A stretch of DNA of 64,000 bases from an uncultured Flavobacteriales bacterium (lineage in GTDB: Bacteria > Bacteroidota > Bacteroidia > CAIKAF01), in NCBI GenBank assembly GCA_903825395.1, contig CAIKAF010000021.1, positions 25,927 to 89,926 of the forward strand, given 5' to 3'. The notes beneath the pieces were generated by a model. That model was not told where the DNA came from. It was given only the letters and a program-made list of their open reading frames with translations, and searched no databases. Below, one piece after another: positions 20,127 to 30,578 of the stretch. Position 1 is the first letter of the stretch, and each line of letters begins with the position of its first letter. The position numbers and the translations under genes are program-made.

Positions 20127-20887
20127 GGGTTAGAGCTGCAATGTGTACTGATGCCAAATACAAAGTTTTCGATGGCCTGAATGGTTGGAGCAACTTCAGA
20201 CCCAATAAAACCACGAATATCAGAGTTGGAAAATTCAGCCCTGTATTTAGCCAAAAATGGACTGGATAAAGGCAAATAGCTCCAATGCCATTTTTCTTCT
20301 TCATATCCCGTCCGCTGCCCGTCCACCTTGGAAGAGTAAACCTGGCAAAAACCAAAATGCGCCGCATGTGTTTTTAACCACTCGTACACTCCACATCCTT
20401 CTTTTGTTTTAAAATAGGCATCATCAACGCTATTTATATCCAAATCTGTACCCCAATGATGCCTTGATGTTCCAGGCATGCTAGAGTATTTCATAATGAG
20501 CAATGCCTTTTGCTCGGCATTCAATCTCGATTTGGCCAAATTCCTGCCTTCAACTTTTCGTTCTCCTGTCCATTTGGCTTCCCATATTCTTTTTTGCCGA
20601 TCAAAATTTCGAATCCCACTAACAACCCTCAAAAAAACGCCTTCTTTTGCTGCCGAATCTGCCATCTTCAAAAAGGCAACAACCACCTCTTTTCTCAACC
20701 GTTGTTCACCCTCACTGCATTTGGAAGGAAGCAATAGAAATTGATCAGGAAAGGACAATGGCTCAAATTTCCCCATCAGGTAATCCCTAGCCGGGATTCC
20801 TACAAATATTGAATCCATGGAATCTTGTGCCCCCAATGATATCGAGGAAAAAAGACATCCAAAAAGCAAAACAATGCTATACTTCAT
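20123..20887 (-). CDS. Peptidase M15 family (VanY/D-Ala-D-Ala carboxypeptidase-like), secreted
   Basis: Signal peptide MKYSIVLLFGCLFSSISLGAQ, chosen as the start instead of the longer ORF that overlaps the divergent gene. Motifs SRHHWGTDLDIN and EKWHW match M15B zinc ligands. Confidence 0.7.
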   Translation of the reverse strand: MKYSIVLLFGCLFSSISLGAQDSMDSIFVGIPARDYLMGKFEPLSFPDQFLLLPSKCSEGEQRLRKEVVVAFLKMADSAAKEGVFLRVVSGIRNFDRQKRIWEAKWTGERKVEGRNLAKSRLNAEQKALLIMKYSSMPGTSRHHWGTDLDINSVDDAYFKTKEGCGVYEWLKTHAAHFGFCQVYSSKVDGQRTGYEEEKWHWSYLPLSSPFLAKYRAEFSNSDIRGFIGSEVAPTIQAIENFVFGISTHCSSNP

Positions 20888-20926
20888 GCGGTAAAGATGA
20901 GAATTCTTTGAGTTACCTTTGACTTC

Positions 20927-22375
20927 ATGCGGTTTAAGATAGAGTTTTTTTCGCCTTATTTCAAGCATACCTTGGGAATAATTCTCGGGATAGGATTCGC
21001 CGGTTTATGGGGTTGCAATCCAGATGCGACCACACCCGATGAGGAATCTACCCCGTTTGACTATAGCACTGTGGTGTCAATGCATCCAGACACGAATCTC
21101 CGTCCGGAATTCCAATGGATAAGTTCTTACCGCCTCCCTTTCTCAAAATATGGATTTGATTTTGCTTTTGACGGGGATTCTCAATCCTATTGGAGTACAC
21201 TTCCTGGCTTGAATCATTTGGAGGGTTTTGAGTGGACCTTTGAAACACCCGTTCAAGGTGCCAAGTTTCGGATTGGGTGGATGGAGGGCGATATGTTCTC
21301 TAAACCATCAAGGATCCTTTGTTTTACCGACCGAGGTGGAATAGAGGCCTATGTAAACACTTGGATAACTCTTCCAGATTCAATTCGGAAATTAAAATTG
21401 GTGTTTCTTCTAGATAACCAGTGGAGTAGGGTAGCCTTGGCATTGAACAATTCCCCTTTTTCATCTCAAGCGCGTGTAAAAAAAGGATTGGCGACCCTTT
21501 TTGAGTCCAAGCCCATAGGTATATCGGAAATTGAGTTTACTGTTGCAAATAAAAAAACAGCTCCCTTTAAAACTACAGACGGGTTTGTCCGAATCACCGA
21601 GCAACCCTCATCCGATGAGCGCTTTTCCTTAAACGACGGTCGAGAGTATTCAGGGATTGAATTAAACTCCTTGGTTAAAGAACGTCGAATATTTATTCAG
21701 TTTCCAGATTTAAGGGCCTTTCTAGGCTTCAGAGTTAAAGGTGAATCCGCATCTCCCTCCTGCGTTCAGCTTATTTGGCATAAGCCCAATGGATCAAGTC
21801 AAATATCCTATTTAAATACGGGTACAGTAGAACATAAATTCACCTTTGATACAGTAGCGACAAAAAACCTTTCTTTTACAGCTACTCTGCTTGAGGGAGA
21901 GTCCATCAACCTCATGGAATTTGATTTTTGGGACGGAGCAAAATGGTATAGAATTCAGGAAGATTCGCTTCAATTTAAGGCTCATTCCAGCAAATGGATG
22001 AGGTCTACTCCTCCAGATTGGCCACTAAATAAGGCCATTTGGTTTGATGAGGCTTGGTCCAAATCCGTTCCTGAAGCTCCCGATTGGGAAACGGAACGCG
22101 ATGCCACTGTGTCAGGCAGTTCAGGTCAGTGGGTGCAAGCGCTTTTTCGAGGAAATGGAACGTTTGATCTTTTGTGGAGTAGCTCTTCAAATGGAGATTC
22201 ATTCCCGTATTCCATGTATTCTGGTTCTTGGAACTGGACCGATAATGGGTTAAAATTAACCGGTTACTTCTGGACAGAAAACGGCAGACAAGAATTAAAT
22301 ACCATCTATCAACTTCAAGGCAAACGGCTCATCCCAGCATCACCCAATTTGCCTGAATTTGAATTCAGTTATTGA
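20927..22375 (+). CDS. Hypothetical lipoprotein (482 aa)
   Basis: Lipobox GLWGC; Trp-rich; no motif recognised. The start may lie slightly downstream. Confidence 0.5.
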   Translation: MRFKIEFFSPYFKHTLGIILGIGFAGLWGCNPDATTPDEESTPFDYSTVVSMHPDTNLRPEFQWISSYRLPFSKYGFDFAFDGDSQSYWSTLPGLNHLEGFEWTFETPVQGAKFRIGWMEGDMFSKPSRILCFTDRGGIEAYVNTWITLPDSIRKLKLVFLLDNQWSRVALALNNSPFSSQARVKKGLATLFESKPIGISEIEFTVANKKTAPFKTTDGFVRITEQPSSDERFSLNDGREYSGIELNSLVKERRIFIQFPDLRAFLGFRVKGESASPSCVQLIWHKPNGSSQISYLNTGTVEHKFTFDTVATKNLSFTATLLEGESINLMEFDFWDGAKWYRIQEDSLQFKAHSSKWMRSTPPDWPLNKAIWFDEAWSKSVPEAPDWETERDATVSGSSGQWVQALFRGNGTFDLLWSSSSNGDSFPYSMYSGSWNWTDNGLKLTGYFWTENGRQELNTIYQLQGKRLIPASPNLPEFEFSY

Positions 22376-22379
22376 TTTC

Positions 22380-24305
22380 TTATTTATTCCGACGGCCCTG
22401 TCTGTTTTTAGGTGCTGATTGCTGTTTCACCTGTTGTTCCCTCATTTTCTGCGCATCTTCTAGCCGCTGCATCCATTTGCTCTTCTTTTGAGGCTTTGCC
22501 TTATGGGCTTCCATCTTCAACCGAAGTTTGTTTTCATCAATAAACAAATATCGAATGGCCAAATAAATTAGAATGGAAACGACATTGGAAAGAAAATAGT
22601 AGTAATTCAAACCGGCACTATAGCTATTTAAAACCCCCAGAAAGACAATCGGCATGATGTACATCATTATTTTCATCTGCTGCATGTTCGCACCGGTTTG
22701 CATTTGAGAACTATTCAAATGAGTGTACAATATGGTAGTAGCAGTCATCAATAAGGTAAACAAGCTTACATGTGAACCATAAAACGGGATTTCAAACGGC
22801 AGGTTTAAAATGCTGTCGTACGTGGATAAATCCTCAGCCCACAAAAAACCCTGTTGCCTAAGTTCAATGGCAGAAGGGAAAAAGCTAAACATCGCCAGTA
22901 AAAAAGGCATTTGAACCAGCATGGGTAAACAACCCGCCAATGGATTCACCCCCGCTTGCCGATACAATTGCATTACGGCCTGTTGCTTCTTAATGGCTTC
23001 ATCGGGTTTGAATTTGGCATTTAATTCATCCAATTCAGGTTTTAATAACCTGATTTTTGCTGAAGAAACGAACATCTTAAAATTAAGCGGGGAAAGCAAT
23101 AATTTGATTATCAGGGTAAGCAATAAAATAATTAACCCATAGCCCAATCCCAGCTGCTCAAAGAAATTGAAAACGGGAATAACCAAGTACTTATTAATCA
23201 TTGAAAATAGGCCAATATACCCTAGGTCAATTTGCTCCTCCAATCCAATATTCATCGCCGACAGCGTCTGAAAATGCAACGGGGAAAAAATCCACTCCAT
23301 CGAAACTGACGAATTTGGAGCATAAGAGTAGGGAACAGACAAAAATGCTGTATACCCAATGTTCACACTGCTATCAGCCCAAGCTGGAATTTTGGTTTCA
23401 GCTTGTACTGGCCGCTTGAAAAGACCATTTTTAATGACTAAGGCATTGCAAAAAAATTGCTGTTTGAACGAAATCCATTCTACAGCCTCATCAATTTGCT
23501 CTGAATTCTCTCCCCCTCTTCCAATTCTAGACACAGACCCACTCTCCGTTTTATAGTATACGGTAGAAGTCGCTCGTTCGTTGGATAAATTCAATTCTTG
23601 TCTCGGTGCGATTTGAGTCCATTTCAAAGGCATATCGCTCTGTCCACGATCAACAATCGACTCCAAACCTACCATGCTTAATTCAACCCCTAATGAATAG
23701 CCCGCGGAAACCAACGAATACCTCCATTGAATATAACCCGTGGAATCATTGGTGTACGCTCTTAAAACCAATTCTTTATCTGTCTGACTATGAATAGCAA
23801 AGAATAAATCCTTGGTTTGTATCCTTTGATTGGCATGATAAAATTCCAAATCCAGAGCCGCAGAATCGTTCAAAATCAAATCCAAATCGGTTTTCTTGGA
23901 TTGGTTTTCTAAAAAACGATTTTTGTAGGTCTGCTCTCCCCGAATCTTGGCTGAAATTAATGAGCCACCTTTTGAGCTGAATGTTAAATGGATGGATTCA
24001 TTCCCAAGGCTTGCCGTTTGAGGCTTTCCATTGGCAGAACTTGTAAATTCCCCGAATTTCTTTTGCAATACAGGATCCACCACATTGGAATCCATTCCCT
24101 GCTCCATTGTATCAGAATTCACCGAGGGTGCAGCAGCCAAAAGCACACTGTCTCGTTCAGACTTGACAGAAATAGAACTGGCTGAAATGCTAGTGTCTTT
24201 ACCCTTAGCAGGAAGTTTTTCGGTTTTTGGAGTGTTGAAAATCAGAAAATAGGCCATCATTAGGCCACTGATCAAAAATAAACCGATTAATTGTCTTTTG
24301 TCCAT
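22380..24305 (-). CDS. yidC: Membrane protein insertase YidC (long Bacteroidota form)
   Basis: 641 aa. N-terminal TM, large periplasmic domain, and C-terminal 5-TM core with conserved YidC motifs (PLAGCLPMLVQMPFLLAMF). Confidence 0.9.
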   Translation of the reverse strand: MDKRQLIGLFLISGLMMAYFLIFNTPKTEKLPAKGKDTSISASSISVKSERDSVLLAAAPSVNSDTMEQGMDSNVVDPVLQKKFGEFTSSANGKPQTASLGNESIHLTFSSKGGSLISAKIRGEQTYKNRFLENQSKKTDLDLILNDSAALDLEFYHANQRIQTKDLFFAIHSQTDKELVLRAYTNDSTGYIQWRYSLVSAGYSLGVELSMVGLESIVDRGQSDMPLKWTQIAPRQELNLSNERATSTVYYKTESGSVSRIGRGGENSEQIDEAVEWISFKQQFFCNALVIKNGLFKRPVQAETKIPAWADSSVNIGYTAFLSVPYSYAPNSSVSMEWIFSPLHFQTLSAMNIGLEEQIDLGYIGLFSMINKYLVIPVFNFFEQLGLGYGLIILLLTLIIKLLLSPLNFKMFVSSAKIRLLKPELDELNAKFKPDEAIKKQQAVMQLYRQAGVNPLAGCLPMLVQMPFLLAMFSFFPSAIELRQQGFLWAEDLSTYDSILNLPFEIPFYGSHVSLFTLLMTATTILYTHLNSSQMQTGANMQQMKIMMYIMPIVFLGVLNSYSAGLNYYYFLSNVVSILIYLAIRYLFIDENKLRLKMEAHKAKPQKKSKWMQRLEDAQKMREQQVKQQSAPKNRQGRRNK

Positions 24306-24510
24306 TTGAGTTATTGCTGGAGGTTGGCAAAGGTAGGCCTTTGTACCAAAAGTCCCAACCTAAATCGTAAAGGAGTTCCCCCAATCCTTACATTTCATTG
24401 ATTTGCTCAACTAAGTGCGAATTTGAAATTAAATGCCCACTCAGGAATTGTTTTTAAACTTCCTTGGTGTTTAGGCCATTCCGTGCTACATTTGACTTCA
24501 TTTTTTTTCC

Positions 24511-26820
24511 ATGAAGCAAGCAGTTTGGTTTATTATTGGTTGGTGCCTTAGCCTATCGTCTATCGCTCAAAATTTAGCCACGGTAAAAGGCATCGTTCAA
24601 CAAACCAATACTCGAGAAGCCGTACCCTTTGCCTCGATTTCGATTAAAGAAAAATCCATTGGTACTACTTCAGATAACAATGGCTTTTTCTCCATCACCA
24701 AATTACCAGCCGGGAAATACACCTTGATTATTTCCGCCGTTGGATTCGAAACTTGGTCACAAGAAATCCAACTCAATCCAGACCAAATCCTTCAGGTTCG
24801 TCCCATGTTGGGCAATAAAACAACGGTCATTAAAGGGTTTGATTATACAGATGATCGCATTCAAGAAAAGCGAGAAAATACAGGAGTTTCAGTCATCAAA
24901 ATTTCACCAGAAGAAATGAAACGCATGCCTTCCTATGGGGGAGAGGCCGACGTTGCTCAAATGATGCAAATCATTCCGGGTGTAATTACAACAGGAGACC
25001 AGGGCGGTCAATTGTTCATCCGCGGCGGCCCTCCGGTTCAAAACAAAATGCTAATGGATGGAGCGGTTATTTACAATCCTTTTCACAGCATCGGCTTTTT
25101 CTCTGTATTCGATACGGATGTTCTAAGCAACATGGACGTATATGCAGGAGGCTTTTCTGCAGAATATGGAGGCAGAATCAGTTCCATCATGGACTTAAGT
25201 ACCCGAGACGGCAACCGAACCCGCTTGTCAGGGCGTGCAAATATCAACACCTTCACCGGAAAATTGATGCTTGAAGGACCTATGGGTAGGCTCAAAGATG
25301 GCGCAGCCAATGCCACTTTTTTACTTAGTGGTAAAGGTTCTTTCTTAAAACAAAGCTCGCAGGTGTTTTATCCGTATGCAGATAGCATCGGACTGCCCTT
25401 TAACTTTTTTGATGGGTACGGCAAAATGACCTTGTATGTTGGCAATAATGGTTCCAAATTGAATTTCTTTGGCTTTAGCCACAACGATTGGGTTACCTTT
25501 AATGAATCCTCTGATTTACAATGGAAGTCTGGTGGGGGTGGAGCCAATTTCTTTATCATTCCCGGCGAGGCCAATGTAAATATTGACGGCGTTTTCAGCT
25601 ATTCCAATTATGAAATTGGACTGACTGAATCTGTAACCCAACCCCGCAGTTCATCCATCAACGGATTTAACTTCAATGTCAATTTTCACCAATATTATGG
25701 TACCAACCGATTGACCTATGGGGTTGAAGCCAGTGGCTTCCAAACCAATTTTGACTATGTAAACGGTCAGTATAGAGAAATTAAACAACAGGACAATACC
25801 ACCGAGTTTGCCGCTTTTACTCGGTATAAGTTTATGGTTGGGCGGTTTATTTTTGATCCGAGTTTCCGAATACACTACTACGCCTCAATGGCTGAAGTGT
25901 CACCAGAACCCAGATTGTCAATTAAATACAACATCAGTGAACATTTTCGCTTGAAAATGGCCGGTGGATGGTATTCTCAAAACCTGATTGCAGCCAACTC
26001 CGACCGAGATGTAGTCAATTTATTTTACGGGTTTTTATCTGCCGGTGGAAGTATTGGATTATCAGACAATTTTCAGGGCGAACAACTGCAAAGCGATTTG
26101 CAAAAAGCCCGGCATGCCATTTTTGGAGCTGAATTCGAATTGTTCAAAAACATCGAATTCAACGTGGAAGGATATTACATGGACTTCTTCCAATTGATCA
26201 GCATGAACCGAGATAAACTCTATGAAGATACCCCCGGAAATTCTGCCATTCCCGATTATCAGAAAAAAGATTTGATTCGTGAAACAGGCTGGAGTGCCGG
26301 GTTAGATGTCCTGGTTAAAGCAGAGATAAAAAATTTATACCTATGGGTGGGCTACTCTTTAATGGCCCTTGAACGCTCCGATGAAGTTCGGGATTATGTT
26401 CCTCATTTTGACCGCCGGCACAATATGAATGTGGTCGCCTCATATCAATTTGGCAAAGACAAACAGTGGGAAATTAACGCCCGCTGGAATTTTGGAACTG
26501 GATTCCCTTTTACTCAAACCCAAGGCTTTTATGAAAATGTTGGGTTTGATGGAAATATTAATGGAGATTATACCAATCAAAATGGCGAACTGGGTGTTGA
26601 ATTAGGACAATTAAATTTGGGAAGGTTGCCCAATTATCACCGGCTGGACATCAACATTAAACGACGTTTTAATTTGGGCGAGAATACGAAATTGGAAGCC
26701 AATATCGGAGCTACCAATGTGTACAACCGAAACAACATTTTTTACGTAGATCGCATTACATTTAATAGGGTAGATCAATTGCCAATTATCCCTACTGTCG
26801 GATTAAATTTTGCTTTCTAA
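24511..26820 (+). CDS. TonB-dependent receptor with N-terminal carboxypeptidase-regulatory-like domain
   Basis: Signal peptide; CarbopepD_reg-like segment (ATVKGIVQQTNTREAVPFASISI); plug domain; C-terminal beta-barrel ending in Phe. Confidence 0.8.
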   Translation: MKQAVWFIIGWCLSLSSIAQNLATVKGIVQQTNTREAVPFASISIKEKSIGTTSDNNGFFSITKLPAGKYTLIISAVGFETWSQEIQLNPDQILQVRPMLGNKTTVIKGFDYTDDRIQEKRENTGVSVIKISPEEMKRMPSYGGEADVAQMMQIIPGVITTGDQGGQLFIRGGPPVQNKMLMDGAVIYNPFHSIGFFSVFDTDVLSNMDVYAGGFSAEYGGRISSIMDLSTRDGNRTRLSGRANINTFTGKLMLEGPMGRLKDGAANATFLLSGKGSFLKQSSQVFYPYADSIGLPFNFFDGYGKMTLYVGNNGSKLNFFGFSHNDWVTFNESSDLQWKSGGGGANFFIIPGEANVNIDGVFSYSNYEIGLTESVTQPRSSSINGFNFNVNFHQYYGTNRLTYGVEASGFQTNFDYVNGQYREIKQQDNTTEFAAFTRYKFMVGRFIFDPSFRIHYYASMAEVSPEPRLSIKYNISEHFRLKMAGGWYSQNLIAANSDRDVVNLFYGFLSAGGSIGLSDNFQGEQLQSDLQKARHAIFGAEFELFKNIEFNVEGYYMDFFQLISMNRDKLYEDTPGNSAIPDYQKKDLIRETGWSAGLDVLVKAEIKNLYLWVGYSLMALERSDEVRDYVPHFDRRHNMNVVASYQFGKDKQWEINARWNFGTGFPFTQTQGFYENVGFDGNINGDYTNQNGELGVELGQLNLGRLPNYHRLDINIKRRFNLGENTKLEANIGATNVYNRNNIFYVDRITFNRVDQLPIIPTVGLNFAF

Positions 26821-29646
26821 ATGACTATAATCCAGAACATTCGAAATTTTACACACCGCATTTGTTCTGTTCTGGTTGTTGTTTTTCCGTTTTCCTTTGG
26901 CCTTGCTCAAGTTGAAGACAATTTTAACGCTCGAAGTCACGTTTGGGAACATTCTTCCAACAGTGCAGATTGGCTGCCTGGACAATTAATCGTAAAACTC
27001 ACCCAGAGCACCTGGAATCGGGTACAGGCGGACTCATCTTTCCGAAATTTAATCTTTCCCGTAGGTGCCTCTTATACCTTACTTTTTCCTGGTTTTATCC
27101 CCGAACCAAAGTCCGTTTACCCCAACGTGGCTCCAACAGACTTATCTCGCCTTATAGAAGTTCGCTTTCATGATTCAATTTCAGTTTGGAACTGGGCCTA
27201 CCGGTTAAATAAGTCTGGATTGGTAGAATATGCAGAACCCCGATTTAAGGTAAGTCCACTGCTCAACCCCAATGACCCAGGATATGGGTTTCAATGGCAA
27301 ATCCCTCATATCGGAGCCGATTCCGTTTGGTCCGTTAGTACCGGCGATACCACCACCATCATTGCCGTTGTGGATGGAGGAACCAATTTTAGCCATCCCG
27401 ATTTGCAGGCGAACATTGCCTACAACTATGCCGACCCCATCGATGGACTAGACAACGATGGAGATGGATACATTGATAACTTCAGAGGATGGGATACCGG
27501 CGACAATGACAACAATCCCAATTATACCCCAAATGACAGCTACAATTCAAATCATGGGGTTTTAATGAGCGGATACATCGCTGCCACACCCAACAATCAA
27601 ATTGGAATTGCCGGAATTGGATACCACACAAAATACCTTCCGGTAAAAATGGTAAAGTCAAACGAAGGATGGAGTCGGGGATATGAGGGCATTGTTTATG
27701 CCGCTCGCAAAGGTGCTCATTTTATAAATTGTTCTTGGGGAGGAACAACTCCAAGCTTGTTTGCTCAAGATGTTTTAAAATACGCCGTCTTAGACAAAGG
27801 CTGTGTTGTCTTTGCCGCAGCTGGAAATTCAAACAATCAAACCATTTTGTATCCATCGGGCTACGAATTAACGGTGAGCGTGGGAGCCAGTACCAATGCC
27901 AATGTAAAAAGCAGCGGATCATCGTTTTACAGGCAGGTGAATATTCATGCCCCTGGAGTAAACACCTATTCCACCACAGGAAACAGCTACGGGTATGGTA
28001 CAGGAACCAGCGATGCATCAGCCATTACTACAGGAGCCGCAGGATTGCTGCATGGAGCCCTTCAGAATTTTTCTCCGGCTCAAATTTCTGACATTCTTCT
28101 AAATCACGCCCTACCCACCGATACCATTGCGGCCAATGCTGCGTTTATCGAAAAAATGGGAGAGGGGAGGGTAGATTTAATTCGAGCCGCCTTTCAACCC
28201 AAAAGGGCAAGACTGCATTTCATGAAAAGAACTTGGAACGACAGCGATGCCGATGGTGTATTTCTTCCCGGAGATACCGTTTACCTTGGCGGAGAATCGC
28301 TGAATCGACTTTTAGGTGCCCATGCTTCATTGACCATGCGCGTTCAAGCCTTTTCGCCTCATGTACTTTGGATTGATTCGCTGGCTCAGCCCGGAGCCGT
28401 ACCTGGTGGAGGAACAATTTCACATCCGTGGAATGAATTTCGTTTTATCGTTGGTCCAAATTGCCCCAACAATCTACGCGTTCATTTTAGAGCAACCTAT
28501 ACCGATACTGCAAAGGTCGGTCAAACTGATTTTTACCTGTTTTTAAATCCTGAACAATACGACTGGACTGAAAATGAAATCCATATTTCCATTGGCGCAA
28601 CAGGTAGATTGGGTTTCTCAGATAATTCTACCTATCAAGGCATTGGCTGGAGAAGGGGAGAAGGACCCAATCAATTGTTAGAAACATTTTTTAATCCCAT
28701 GGGATTTTGGTTGGGAACCGCCAACCAAGTCATGAACCAAACCCTGAGTGCCCCTTTTACGGGCTGCTGCCCCTTAACCACTCAAAATCACTTCACGGCT
28801 ACACAGCCCATTTTTACGGAAAAAGTAGATGGATTTGGTCTTCGTAGAGTCGTTTCAACCTTTTCTGATAACCTTCAAAACCGTTGGAGCATTGAAAGAA
28901 GGGCGTATGGCGATACCCTAAACTGGTTGAAAGGCATCTTGATTCTGGAACATCAAGTTAAAAACATCTCGAATCAAATGGCCGGACCGGTGTATATGGG
29001 TTATTTTGCCGATCAAGATATGCCCGACACCAATTTTTCCAGGGCAAACAACGAAGCGGGATATTATGCCAACGGAAAAATGGGTTGGCAGCGCAATGCG
29101 AACAGTGGAATCGTTCAGGGTGTAGTGCTGTTGCAACCGGGCCCAATCCATTATTATGCGCTTGAATCTACCGGAACCGGTGGATCCATTCAAACCACCA
29201 ATGGTTTCACCGATGCCGAAAAGTGGACATTAATGCAAGGAGGGATAGCTCGGGCATATAGTCCGCCGGGCGATGCCTCTCAATATTTAGGCGGATCCAT
29301 CGATTCCATACGTCCCGGTAGCTGCGCCATTTTTAATTATGCCATTTTGAGCGCAGCATCATTGACTCAAGCACAACAAATGGCCGACAGTTTAATGCAA
29401 ACCTATCAGAAAACCACAAATGTTTGGACGGGGAAGGCATTAACCGACAACTGGCATGATCCAGTGAATTGGAGTCAGAACCGAGTTCCCGATGAAAAGG
29501 ACCGAGTGTACATTGTTCCATCCTTGTATACTATTGGAACAGATCCTGTGGTACATTCAGGTAACGCCAAGGCCGGCATGATTGAAACACGTTGTGGTGG
29601 AAAATTGACTGTCCAAACTCCCTGGCTATTGGAAGTTGGGCCTTAG
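26821..29646 (+). CDS. S8 family serine peptidase (subtilisin-like), large secreted multi-domain protein
   Basis: Catalytic triad contexts: AVVDGG (Asp), HGVLMSG (His), GTGTSDASAITTGAAG (Ser). ATG overlaps the TAA of the upstream TonB receptor (TAAATG). Confidence 0.8.
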   Translation: MTIIQNIRNFTHRICSVLVVVFPFSFGLAQVEDNFNARSHVWEHSSNSADWLPGQLIVKLTQSTWNRVQADSSFRNLIFPVGASYTLLFPGFIPEPKSVYPNVAPTDLSRLIEVRFHDSISVWNWAYRLNKSGLVEYAEPRFKVSPLLNPNDPGYGFQWQIPHIGADSVWSVSTGDTTTIIAVVDGGTNFSHPDLQANIAYNYADPIDGLDNDGDGYIDNFRGWDTGDNDNNPNYTPNDSYNSNHGVLMSGYIAATPNNQIGIAGIGYHTKYLPVKMVKSNEGWSRGYEGIVYAARKGAHFINCSWGGTTPSLFAQDVLKYAVLDKGCVVFAAAGNSNNQTILYPSGYELTVSVGASTNANVKSSGSSFYRQVNIHAPGVNTYSTTGNSYGYGTGTSDASAITTGAAGLLHGALQNFSPAQISDILLNHALPTDTIAANAAFIEKMGEGRVDLIRAAFQPKRARLHFMKRTWNDSDADGVFLPGDTVYLGGESLNRLLGAHASLTMRVQAFSPHVLWIDSLAQPGAVPGGGTISHPWNEFRFIVGPNCPNNLRVHFRATYTDTAKVGQTDFYLFLNPEQYDWTENEIHISIGATGRLGFSDNSTYQGIGWRRGEGPNQLLETFFNPMGFWLGTANQVMNQTLSAPFTGCCPLTTQNHFTATQPIFTEKVDGFGLRRVVSTFSDNLQNRWSIERRAYGDTLNWLKGILILEHQVKNISNQMAGPVYMGYFADQDMPDTNFSRANNEAGYYANGKMGWQRNANSGIVQGVVLLQPGPIHYYALESTGTGGSIQTTNGFTDAEKWTLMQGGIARAYSPPGDASQYLGGSIDSIRPGSCAIFNYAILSAASLTQAQQMADSLMQTYQKTTNVWTGKALTDNWHDPVNWSQNRVPDEKDRVYIVPSLYTIGTDPVVHSGNAKAGMIETRCGGKLTVQTPWLLEVGP

Positions 29647-29679
29647 GCCGAGGTAAATACCAGCGATTTATGACTTGAG

Positions 29680-29835
29680 TTGGCTTGCGGGCGGGATTGA
29701 ACCGGGTAGCCCGCAAAGCCAAAGGCCCGCTTGGGCGCTAGCCATGCCGGGCGACCTTGGGAGCCACGGCAGGGCAGCAGCCCAAGGGCCTTTGGATGCG
29801 GACTACCGGTGAAAGCCCGAAATCCCGCCCAAAAT
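29680..29835. repeat. GC-rich extragenic repeat element, copy 3 (orientation B, reverse complement of A)
   Basis: GGCTTGCGGGCGGGATTGAACC ... GGCGACCTTGGGAGCCAC ... GGACTACCGGTGAAAGCCCGAAATCCCGCCC. Internal inverted repeat CCAAAGGCCC/GGGCCTTTGG. Confidence 0.75.
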
Positions 29836-29957
29836 CGAATGCTTTTTCAAATGAGAGGAAAAAAGTGGAATGTGGCCGAGAATGGAAACACACTAGTTAA
29901 CATAATATAAATTATCATAAAATCGGAGCGGCGTCAAATAGCCCAATCCGCTCCAGT

Positions 29958-30578
29958 TCAATCGGCTTTGGAAAGGCCAGAAATAATCCGTTGCAATTCG
30001 GCATTGAATCCTTCGGAATTCAAGGAATCGTACGGAATACCCAAGGACCGATTCCAATGCCCTTGTTGATACTCGTGTATGCTCTCATTTTTAAACTCCA
30101 GCAACCGATGTAAAAACACCTTGAAACTCTGAGCAATCAAACTCGAATTCCCAAACATGGCATTAAAATAACTCGCCTGAAAACCATACAATTCCCGATC
30201 TTGAAGCGATTTCTGTATGCTCTCAAGGTTCTCTCGAGTAATTGGTTTTGGAAAAATCCCTGAAATGCCGGCACGAATTAAATCCTGCACATCGTATTCA
30301 AAAAACTGTGCAGAAATTCCTACAAAAGGCATACTGCAGGCCGGATTGGCATCAAAATACGACTTCAACCATTTTCCTCCCTTTTGTGCATCCAAATGTT
30401 GATCTAACAGCACAAAATCGTACTTGTTGTGTTCTGTACTCAGCAATTTTTCGAGGCGTTCAACAGATTCACACCAGTCGCATTTCCATCCCAATTGTTC
30501 AGCGATAAGGCGAACTAAGATGGAATTTAGTTCGCTGTCTTCAACAATTAAGATTCGGCCATGCCAGCCTGCACTCAT
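29958..30578 (-). CDS. Response regulator receiver-domain protein without a recognisable DNA-binding domain (possible Hpt-like C-terminal half)
   Basis: Receiver signature ILIVEDSELNS ... FVLLDQHL (phospho-Asp context), 206 aa. No adjacent histidine kinase. Confidence 0.5.
   Translation of the reverse strand: MSAGWHGRILIVEDSELNSILVRLIAEQLGWKCDWCESVERLEKLLSTEHNKYDFVLLDQHLDAQKGGKWLKSYFDANPACSMPFVGISAQFFEYDVQDLIRAGISGIFPKPITRENLESIQKSLQDRELYGFQASYFNAMFGNSSLIAQSFKVFLHRLLEFKNESIHEYQQGHWNRSLGIPYDSLNSEGFNAELQRIISGLSKAD

Noticed and set aside
20123-20968. Longer 281-aa form of the M15 peptidase starting at 20968
   Set aside because: It would overlap the divergent lipoprotein gene by 40 nt. An internal Met at 20887 begins a canonical signal peptide, so the shorter start was preferred.
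18042-22375. Genomic island integrated at tRNA-Asp
   Set aside because: No integrase, recombinase or direct repeat of the tRNA 3' end downstream. The genes beyond (small protein, T9SS-type secreted protein, M15 peptidase, lipoprotein) have ordinary composition.
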